Assembly: GCA_020632255.1 (NCBI GenBank)
Contig: JACKFX010000006.1
Location: 13,399 to 77,398 of the forward strand
DNA from: Pseudomonadales bacterium
Lineage (GTDB): Bacteria > Patescibacteriota > Microgenomatia > UBA1400 > PJMF01
Direction of reading: 5' to 3'
DNA: 64,000 nt
Part shown: positions 56,729-64,000 of the stretch, in pieces
Position numbering within the stretch: position 1 is the stretch's first letter
Layout of the letters: each line of letters opens with the position of its first letter
Position numbers and translations under genes: made by a program
The notes under the pieces: generated by a model
Seen by the model: the letters and a program-made list of their open reading frames with translations, nothing else
Databases searched by the model: none
What the model was told of the DNA's origin: nothing

Positions 56729-57389
56729 CCGCACCAAACCACTTCTTGAACAAATGAAGTGGCAGCCAACACAAAAAAAAGAATACCTAGAACCAAAAAG
56801 AAAAAAATGTATTCTTTTCGCAGGGCCATCATGTGCTGGAAAAACAACCTTAATCACGCAATTACTTTCTGCTGATACTCGGTTAGCAATTCCGCATCAA
56901 GTAACTACTCGTGCTCAAAGAGCTGGATACACTGATAAAAGCACTGTATCGACAGCAGAGTTTGCTCAGCTTGAAGCTGGCAACGATTTCTTTCACAAAG
57001 GCACAAGTTATGGCAACCTGTGTGGGACACTCAAATCTTCAGTCGAAAATCTAGTTCGGAGCGAAAAAATCCCAGTTTTAGATTTCCCGTTAGCACTTAT
57101 ACCAGAACTAAAAGCTGCCAATCCTGACTTTGAGTTTATTGTTTTCTACATTCTGCCAAAAACACTTCAAGAGTGGTACCAAAGAATGGTGGCAACTGAA
57201 CGAAATTCTTTCACCCGACTTAAAGCATCACTGTCGGAATTCCATCAAATTTTAGCACATGACCAACAAGATACTATGATAATCATAGAAAATGGTGATA
57301 ATGCCCAAAACACTGCGCTTCAAAAAATACAGCAGGTAATTGAATCTTATCTTGCCGATACTGGTGACAATGCATCAAGTGTTGAGTAG
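56715..57389 (+). CDS. Guanylate-kinase-like P-loop NMP kinase.
   Basis: GPSCAGKTTL P-loop, TTRAQRAGYTD (Gmk TTRxxRxGE-like) and ...FFHKGTSYGNLCGT (Gmk YGT-like). Confidence 0.6.
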   Translation: MEKINRTKPLLEQMKWQPTQKKEYLEPKRKKCILFAGPSCAGKTTLITQLLSADTRLAIPHQVTTRAQRAGYTDKSTVSTAEFAQLEAGNDFFHKGTSYGNLCGTLKSSVENLVRSEKIPVLDFPLALIPELKAANPDFEFIVFYILPKTLQEWYQRMVATERNSFTRLKASLSEFHQILAHDQQDTMIIIENGDNAQNTALQKIQQVIESYLADTGDNASSVE

Positions 57390-57810
57390 TAATCTTTAAC
57401 CAACAACGAAAAAAGCGGGTGCGCTTGATCTAACGGTAAGTCAGCTAACGAAAACCAAGACAGCTGAATTAGTTTGTGAGGTTCATTGTTTAGTACTGCA
57501 TCTCGATCAACCAATACCAGGTATTCGAATGTAATCCAATGAGAATCTGAATTCACATTTTCACGAACTCCTAGCAACTGTGTATCTCGGGCACTAACCC
57601 CATACTCCTCTCCCAGCTCTCTCTTCAAAGCTTGGGCTGATGTTTCACCAACAGCAATTTCGCCTGATCCAGGATCCCACAGACCATGATTATCTCGAGT
57701 GTTTTCACCTCTAAGAGACATTAAAAACTGCCCAGCACCATCATGACAGAGAAAAACTACATTAGCTGAAATTGATTGATATTTAGTACGAAGACTTTTC
57801 ACTTTTTCAC
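57347..57810 (-). CDS. NUDIX hydrolase.
   Basis: NUDIX box GSGEIAVGETSAQALKRELGEEYGV. The ORF extends to 57928, overlapping thrS, so the true start is uncertain. Confidence 0.65.
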
Positions 57811-59591
57811 TTCTTCTGCGCAATCTCTGAAACAACTTGTGCCACAAAATCCTTAAGAGCAACAACATTTTGCTCTTTGGTGTCACGTCTGCGAACCGCA
57901 ACTGCGCCATCGGCCTGCTCTTTTTCACCTACAACTAACATGTAAGGGATTTTTTCCAGCTGTGCGTGGCGAATCTTTGCCTGCAAACGCTCGGCACGTT
58001 CATCTAAGTGCACACGCACGTTGTGACGTTGAAGCTCATTGGCAACTTCTCCAGCGTACTCAAGATATTTATCAGAAATTGGCAAAACGCTGACTTGAGT
58101 TGGAGACAACCAGACTGGGAATTTACCCGCATAGTGTTCAATCAGGAAAGCAATACTGCGCTCGATGGCTCCAATCGATGAGCGATGTATCACAATTGGC
58201 TGTTCTTCCTCGCCTGCTTCATTGATGTACTTAAGATCAAAACGCTGTGGCATCACAAAGTCATACTGCACAGTAAAGGCAGTGTCTTCTTTACCGTTAA
58301 CATTACGCATCTGGATATCAATCTTTGGACCGTAGAAGGCTGCTTCACCTTCGGCTTCGACATAGGCTGCGTCACGTTCGACCAAAACCTGGCGTAAGAC
58401 ATCTTCAGCAAAATCCCATGAGGCATCATCTTTGAAGTACTTCTTTTCGTCACTGCGATCACCAAGTGATAAACGGTACGAATAGTTTTTACCTTTTTCG
58501 AGCCCGAAGACATCGGAAGAAATGTACTCAATGAGATCCAAAACTCCGTTGATCTCGGCTTTTGCTTGTTGCTTGGTACAAACAATATGAGCATCTGCTA
58601 AGCAGAAACTACGAACACGAATCAGTCCAGACAACTCCCCAGATCGCTCGTAGCGATAGAGCTTGGCTAATTCGGCGATACGCATTGGCAACTCTTTGTA
58701 TGAGTGTGGAGTAGATGAATATAACTCAAAATGATGCGGACAAGTCATTGGCCGGAGCATGTACTCTTCTTCATCTATCTCGATCGGCGCGTACATGCTG
58801 TCTTTATAGTATGGATAGTGACCAGACTTTCTGTAGAGGTCCAAATTAGCGATGTCTGGAGTAATCACATGACTGTAACCTCGACGAATTTCTTCATCTG
58901 TAATAAAGCGCTCAAGCTCTCTGCGAATTGTGGCACCCTTCTCTGTCCAAAGAGGAAGACCTTTCCCAATGGTGTCTGAGAAAACAAACAGTCCGAGATC
59001 TTTTCCAATTTTTCGGTGATCACGTTCTTTGGCTTCCTCACGCATCTGAAGATTTTCTGTAAGTTCTTCTTTGCTAAAGAATGCGGTTCCATAAATACGA
59101 GTCAACATTTTATTTTCCTCACTGCCACGCCAATAGGCACCCGCAAGCGAGAGTAACTTGAAGAAACGTAATTCCTTCTTTGGATTATCGATGTGTCCAC
59201 CTCGGCAGAGGTCTTCAAACTCTCCAGATTTGTAAAGAGTCAGCGTTTGGTTTTCGCCAGCAAGTTCTCTAATGAGTTCTGATTTGTATTCGTTATTTTT
59301 GTAGATTGCCAACGCTTCTTGAGCGTCAACGACTCGGTGTTCGAAACCGTTCCAGTCTTTAACGAGCTCTTTCATTTTTTGCTCAATTTTTTGCAAATCT
59401 TTTTCTGAAATTGGCTCTACAAAATCAAAGTCGTAGTAAAAACCATCATCTGTTGAAGGGCCGATGGTTGGTTTTGCATCTGGGTAGATCTCGAGAACTG
59501 CAGCCGCAAGTAAGTGTGAGGCTGAGTGGCGAAGAGCCGCTAAGTCTTCGAGTGAATAGGCTTTCTGATTGTCGTGGTTATGTTCTGACAT
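57807..59591 (-). CDS. thrS: Threonine--tRNA ligase.
   Basis: Class II motifs, TGS/editing N-terminus and HRSSIGAIERSIAFLIEHYAGKFPVWLSP in the anticodon-binding region. Confidence 0.9.
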   Translation of the reverse strand: MSEHNHDNQKAYSLEDLAALRHSASHLLAAAVLEIYPDAKPTIGPSTDDGFYYDFDFVEPISEKDLQKIEQKMKELVKDWNGFEHRVVDAQEALAIYKNNEYKSELIRELAGENQTLTLYKSGEFEDLCRGGHIDNPKKELRFFKLLSLAGAYWRGSEENKMLTRIYGTAFFSKEELTENLQMREEAKERDHRKIGKDLGLFVFSDTIGKGLPLWTEKGATIRRELERFITDEEIRRGYSHVITPDIANLDLYRKSGHYPYYKDSMYAPIEIDEEEYMLRPMTCPHHFELYSSTPHSYKELPMRIAELAKLYRYERSGELSGLIRVRSFCLADAHIVCTKQQAKAEINGVLDLIEYISSDVFGLEKGKNYSYRLSLGDRSDEKKYFKDDASWDFAEDVLRQVLVERDAAYVEAEGEAAFYGPKIDIQMRNVNGKEDTAFTVQYDFVMPQRFDLKYINEAGEEEQPIVIHRSSIGAIERSIAFLIEHYAGKFPVWLSPTQVSVLPISDKYLEYAGEVANELQRHNVRVHLDERAERLQAKIRHAQLEKIPYMLVVGEKEQADGAVAVRRRDTKEQNVVALKDFVAQVVSEIAQKK

Positions 59592-59804
59592 GTTGTTTTC
59601 CTTCTAGTGTAGTATAAAGTATAAGTTTTAATTTTTCGAATCGGTTTCTAGAGCTGTACCCCTAAAACCAAATAAGCTCCCCCCACGTGGGAGAGCCGCC
59701 GTTTTTGTCACGAGACCACTCTTCCCTACATGAGGGTGGTAGTAGTGGTTGTGGTGGATTTTTGATAATTGTGCATATTTTTTCCAGGCAAAGTATATCA
59801 CATA

Positions 59805-60068
59805 TTACTCTGATTGATGAAATAAGCTCGATCTGCGAGCTCCAATTTGATCAAACCAATCGTCCTCGTCTTTTTCGTTAATTGCAATACCAATTGCAGC
59901 ACCTATATCCAGATAGTAGTTTAAAATACCAGCTGAAACAAAATCATCAGGACCATATCCAGCCACGCCGGCAAACACAACCGAATAAGTTGGTTGAGTG
60001 TCTTCAGGCCTCATTATTTCAAGAAATAACGCATAATCCTGACCTGGTCTTAATTCTGCTAAATTCAT
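59805..60068 (-). CDS. Hypothetical small acidic protein (87 aa).
   Basis: ORF only. Confidence 0.3.
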   Translation of the reverse strand: MNLAELRPGQDYALFLEIMRPEDTQPTYSVVFAGVAGYGPDDFVSAGILNYYLDIGAAIGIAINEKDEDDWFDQIGARRSSLFHQSE

Positions 60069-60215
60069 ATTTTTGTATCTTTTTATTTATACGGTTTTTT
60101 AAGAAAAAACGAGAAGTTTGAGTTGGGTTGCGCCAGGCAAAATGCCTGGCGCAACTCATCTAACCAACTTTTTCCCTTTCCCTAGTTATTATTTTTTTAC
60201 TCATACTTACTGGAG

Positions 60216-60425
60216 CTACTCTTCTTCTTCCTCAAGGTACGTGCTCCGTTCTTGAACAGGAAGTTGCTTGAAGGCAATACGACTGGCAGTAGCATCAAAC
60301 CACATGAGATCCTTATGAATCTTGAGGGTTGAGGCTAATGCCTGTAATCCTTCAGCTGAGTATGGCAATTCGTCGCCAACTTTCATACTTCCTTTCCTGA
60401 CACGCTTATTTTGTACTATCTCCAT
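60216..60425 (-). CDS. Hypothetical small protein (69 aa) with a poly-Glu tail.
   Basis: ORF only. Confidence 0.3.
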   Translation of the reverse strand: MEIVQNKRVRKGSMKVGDELPYSAEGLQALASTLKIHKDLMWFDATASRIAFKQLPVQERSTYLEEEEE

Positions 60426-60646
60426 TTTTATAAGAAAAAACCTCCCGTTTTAGGAGGTTGCGCGTGTCTCTTTGTTTTGTTTGTCTACTCTTAGACGTCA
60501 ACAGCGCAACCCACCCAGTTGGTAAGTTGAATCATGTGACGCTTGGTGAAACAAACAAAGCTGTTCATACGTCTTGAACTATACAACACATCAAAAAAAC
60601 ACGCAATATGTAATTGGTGTGCACTATTTTCACAAACTAACTTCCT

Positions 60647-61969
60647 GTGCAGGATGATATACTAAAGCGAATGTCTGTTGAAGTAGTTACACATCCACAA
60701 TTCATAGAAAAAAAAATTCCCGAGAATAATCTTGTTCAGGAATTTATTAATAAGCTTGAAAGCAAATCAGAAACCTCGGCATTACATCTTGAGAAGAGAA
60801 AAGTTCAACTCGTTTCTCGGCTTTTTAATAAAGTGCGAGAAAAACTTTCTGTTACAAAGTTAGTAACTGCTCCCTCTCAACTTAAGGTTAGAAAAAATAA
60901 TGAAGATCTCACCAAAACCCAAGGGGAAAGAGTTGTGTACCAAAGCGAGGGGGAACGATCCGTCCTCACACGTAGCCTCCGCAAAGAACTTCATGACATC
61001 TTAGTTGGTACTCCCAAAAAAGAAAAAGCACAGCGAAGAGAAATTCTTGACAGAGCCCATGAGCTCGATAGAATTGGTGCTGAGTTCCTCAAGCAATCAG
61101 AAGTCGCCGTCGATTTAGGTGAATATGGCGAACAAAAGTCCCGCTTCACTGTCCTTCATGCTCCAGAGCATAAACGCGAACTCAACCTACCTCCAGTTGT
61201 TCTGATTGGAGGAATCTCAAATGACCTCGACCCCGTAGCTGGACTGGCTCAGGCCTTGGCTGAATCTGGAAGAGATGTTATTGTAATCGCATACCCAGAG
61301 TCCACTCTGGGTTCAATCACTCCAAAATTTGCAGAAAACTGTGCCGCTGATCCCGGATTTACAGCCCACGCCGAATACTTCCGTCAAGCCATCGAAAGCA
61401 TCAAAGCTCACATTGATGTCGATCTCAGCTCTTTCGAGTTGTGGTCTCACTCAACCGGAGGGCCAATTACTGCCCAGATGCTCAAAGACCCTAGCTTCCA
61501 AGCACAGGTGAAAAATGCTGTTATGCTCTCGCCTGCAGCTGCTGTTGATCAAAGTATGCTCAAGTTTGGGACCGGGGTACTTAAAGAAATTGCGCGAGAT
61601 ATCAAACCAGAAAAATTTGCCCTCCTAACTCGGTACTCACTGGTAATGGGGCGACGCGAAAGCAAAGATCTTCAAGCAAAAGAAAAAGGGGCCGTCTTTG
61701 GCTCACTATTAACTGCTATCAGGAAACGCTACCCTTCCTGGACCTCGGTTAGTGCCCAAGAAGGTGGTAAAACTGTCTTCTACTCGGGCGGTAAAGATAC
61801 CCTTACCTACACCGGCCAAGCTCCTGAGCTCGGAACCGGAGAAAATCAGTATAGAATCGATCAAGAAGACGGCAGCCACCTGACTGCATTAGTACAGCCT
61901 CGCACCGTTATTTCAAAGGTTGATGCTATCCTGCATCCTGAAGTTACACATGACTTCTTACTGAACTAA
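60647..61969 (+). CDS. Alpha/beta-hydrolase fold protein with a ~170-aa N-terminal extension.
   Basis: Nucleophile elbow LWSHSTGGP (GxSxG) in a hydrolase-like C-terminal domain. Confidence 0.55.
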   Translation: MQDDILKRMSVEVVTHPQFIEKKIPENNLVQEFINKLESKSETSALHLEKRKVQLVSRLFNKVREKLSVTKLVTAPSQLKVRKNNEDLTKTQGERVVYQSEGERSVLTRSLRKELHDILVGTPKKEKAQRREILDRAHELDRIGAEFLKQSEVAVDLGEYGEQKSRFTVLHAPEHKRELNLPPVVLIGGISNDLDPVAGLAQALAESGRDVIVIAYPESTLGSITPKFAENCAADPGFTAHAEYFRQAIESIKAHIDVDLSSFELWSHSTGGPITAQMLKDPSFQAQVKNAVMLSPAAAVDQSMLKFGTGVLKEIARDIKPEKFALLTRYSLVMGRRESKDLQAKEKGAVFGSLLTAIRKRYPSWTSVSAQEGGKTVFYSGGKDTLTYTGQAPELGTGENQYRIDQEDGSHLTALVQPRTVISKVDAILHPEVTHDFLLN

Positions 61970-61977
61970 TTTCTTGA

Positions 61978-64000
61978 CTACTGTAAATGCATCCCGGTAT
62001 CACCACTCAGTATACGACGCACAGTTGTTGCCGACAGCTGTCTCGAATGTTTCAATATCAATCCCTCTAGACCAAATTTCCTGATGTAAGGAAGCGCTAT
62101 TTTAGATCTATCAACCATGCTCATTAAATCGATCAAACTAGCCATACTTAGTAGTCCCTTTGCAAAATTCACTAAATCCATTGATATACCAAATCTAATT
62201 GAGAGCTCTTCCATCTTTTTTACTAAAAAATTGAGCGATGGAACAGGTCCATCAAACGCTAACTCTTGAGCAATGCTACGCTTGCTAACCGCAACTAACA
62301 GCTCAATCTGAGCCTGCCTTTTTGAAGCATCTTCTTCACTATCCTCTGTTTTTTCCGAAAGTAATGCTTGCATCTTATTTTTGCATCTTGTATATAAAAG
62401 CTCTGTCAATAAATTAATAGAAAGCCTATCAAGTGCCAGTGTTAACACCATCAACTCGCGCTTTTCTTGCCAAGAATCAGCAATACCTACCTGACCATGA
62501 TCGATCACCGTAATTTTGGGATCGCCAGTATCCTCAATACTAACAAAAATATTTGCTGCGTGCTCATCTGTATGATAAATACCTAAGGTAAATACCTGCT
62601 CGAAGTAGTCTGATAGAACTGTAATTGCGATTTTTCTCAAATCAATTTTTTTATATTCTGGAGGCACGTTTTCACCCTTCATTATTTTTAAGAGCGAATA
62701 GCCAGGAGCCATCTCCATTTCTAAATGCTCTGGTGAACGATGTACCAACGCAGGAACAGCAACCCCGTTATCTAGACGTAATGCACGAAGTCTAGACATG
62801 ACACGAATGTTTGATGATTCTGTCAAAATAAACAGTTCTTCTTCCACCATCTCGATAATTTGAGAAAATATTTCGGATACATCAATATCAATGTTGATCA
62901 TTTTTTCTTCAATAAGTACCTTAATTACCTCTAAAAATGCGGTTTTCTCATGCTCAAGATCATTCATCACACCATCGTTGAGCACTTTGATAACATGTTT
63001 GCAACTTTGCTCTGGTGTATCGACATCTCGATCCATAAGCTGATACACTGTTGCTGTAGAGGCGGCACCTGCTAATGGTCCAATTCCAGCATAAGCATCT
63101 TTTCTACCTTGATTTACTAGAATGTCTCGAACGTAAAATTTACTAGCTGGCCTACCTGATTCCTTTGCAACAGAGGCCATATCTTGCATATGAGGTGGAA
63201 GTAATTTTTCCATCTGCAATAACTTTTTACCTAAAATAAATTCATATAACACATCAACAAAAACATGCTCCCATACAAACTCGCTGCCTGCATATTTTTG
63301 CTTTGCCTTAGCAAGCAAAACCAATACTTCTATCCGATCTTCACCAGGAAGATTGAGCAAAAAAGCATAAGCAGCTTTTTCTAATACTTGCTGTGATTGT
63401 GCAATACGATCATCCAATGCTTCTTCCTGAATACTTTCAACCAATTTATGAATAAGCTGTTCACCATACTTTGCAAAAAATTTGTCTGACATTAAGCCCT
63501 GATTAGTTAACGAAAAATTAGATATCAAGTCTACCAACTCATCAGCATCAAGCTGTGCAAGAGCCTGCTGTAGCGTTTCATCATTTTGTAAAGCCAGGAG
63601 CTCTTCTTTCCATTCTTCTGTACCGATAAACCCTGAAACACCAAGCTCCTTAAGCATGCTTGTTGGCTGTATCAGTTGCTCATCCACAGAAGAATAAAAT
63701 AACCAGGTTAAAAAGGCAATATCCCTGGTGGCTTCTTTGCCAAGTGGAGACCTTATTTTCTCTGTAGACTCTGGGAATGCACTTGATAAATAAGACTCAG
63801 CCAGCTCTAAATCATCCCATGTTGTATATGCATGAGTAAGCAACTTATTAATTATTTTATCTCTATACAAACTTGGTGGAAAAATACTATCAAGAAAATC
63901 TAACTGTTCTTCCAACGTTGCTTGGCGTGCTTGTAACTCTTCCATTCCCTGCGCATACTTTTCTTGCATTTCGATGCGTAATGCAATTTCTTGCCCCAAA
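61978..64000 (-). CDS. ABC1/UbiB(AarF)-family atypical kinase-like protein; its 5' end runs off the window.
   Basis: IYHTDEHAANIFV (UbiB HxDxHPGN-like) and VIDHGQVG (DFG-like). The ORF continues past the window end, where the first in-frame codon is TTG. Confidence 0.55.
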   Translation of the reverse strand, partial: LGQEIALRIEMQEKYAQGMEELQARQATLEEQLDFLDSIFPPSLYRDKIINKLLTHAYTTWDDLELAESYLSSAFPESTEKIRSPLGKEATRDIAFLTWLFYSSVDEQLIQPTSMLKELGVSGFIGTEEWKEELLALQNDETLQQALAQLDADELVDLISNFSLTNQGLMSDKFFAKYGEQLIHKLVESIQEEALDDRIAQSQQVLEKAAYAFLLNLPGEDRIEVLVLLAKAKQKYAGSEFVWEHVFVDVLYEFILGKKLLQMEKLLPPHMQDMASVAKESGRPASKFYVRDILVNQGRKDAYAGIGPLAGAASTATVYQLMDRDVDTPEQSCKHVIKVLNDGVMNDLEHEKTAFLEVIKVLIEEKMINIDIDVSEIFSQIIEMVEEELFILTESSNIRVMSRLRALRLDNGVAVPALVHRSPEHLEMEMAPGYSLLKIMKGENVPPEYKKIDLRKIAITVLSDYFEQVFTLGIYHTDEHAANIFVSIEDTGDPKITVIDHGQVGIADSWQEKRELMVLTLALDRLSINLLTELLYTRCKNKMQALLSEKTEDSEEDASKRQAQIELLVAVSKRSIAQELAFDGPVPSLNFLVKKMEELSIRFGISMDLVNFAKGLLSMASLIDLMSMVDRSKIALPYIRKFGLEGLILKHSRQLSATTVRRILSGDTGMHLQ

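Noticed and set aside
59592-59810. T-box leader upstream of thrS (AGGGTGGTA string)
   Set aside because: The string is on the opposite strand from thrS and lacks the rest of the T-box consensus (ACCGCG). No specifier-loop or antiterminator pairing is evident.
1-64000. CRISPR arrays, rRNA genes, prophage structural genes
   Set aside because: No regularly spaced short direct repeats with unique spacers, no rRNA-like conserved blocks, and no capsid, terminase or portal-like ORFs were seen anywhere in the window.

Overview
The window is 64 kb with dense, mostly short genes and many lineage-specific hypotheticals, in the style of a reduced Patescibacteria/CPR-like genome. The first ~37 kb is ordinary housekeeping on mostly the minus strand. 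It includes ychF (partial), a Zur-type znuACB operon with capA, galU, cysS, hpf, recR, and a thymidylate supercluster (tmk, dut, DHFR, dCMP deaminase, HIT, thyA, nadD). It also includes topA, dprA, a PBP2-mreDCB morphogenesis operon, def-fmt, rpmB and several hydrolases. One intact IS1595-family insertion sequence with ~28-bp terminal inverted repeats sits on the 3' end of an HD-domain gene. The most unusual region starts at tRNA-Trp(CCA) (38248-38318). The expected tRNA-Trp-promoter-secE-nusG-rplK-rplA arrangement is interrupted by ~14.5 kb of accessory DNA. This DNA contains a frameshifted IS3/rve transposase relic, then a cassette-like array in which five to six genes are each preceded by a ~30-bp direct repeat. 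That repeat resembles the 3' end of tRNA-Trp plus its downstream sigma70-like promoter. The array cargo is an APH-like kinase, a TIR-like/flavodoxin-fold protein, hypotheticals, a PNPOx-like protein, a receiver-domain protein and a GT-B glycosyltransferase-like protein, plus a ~240-nt highly structured noncoding segment. Further into the island are an inverted tRNA-Thr/Tyr/Thr-rpmG block, a second galU paralog and an adjacent dockerin-protein / cohesin-like Cys-rich surface-protein pair. Other notable points are a cmk gene truncated to its C-terminal half next to an inserted module (hypothetical + guanylate-kinase-like), a tandem ~570-bp duplication of the promoter/leader/5' end of a membrane-protein gene carrying a leader terminator, and two translationally coupled hypotheticals heading the tmk operon. 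No CRISPR array or rRNA was seen. All calls are from motif recognition by eye; none was confirmed by search.
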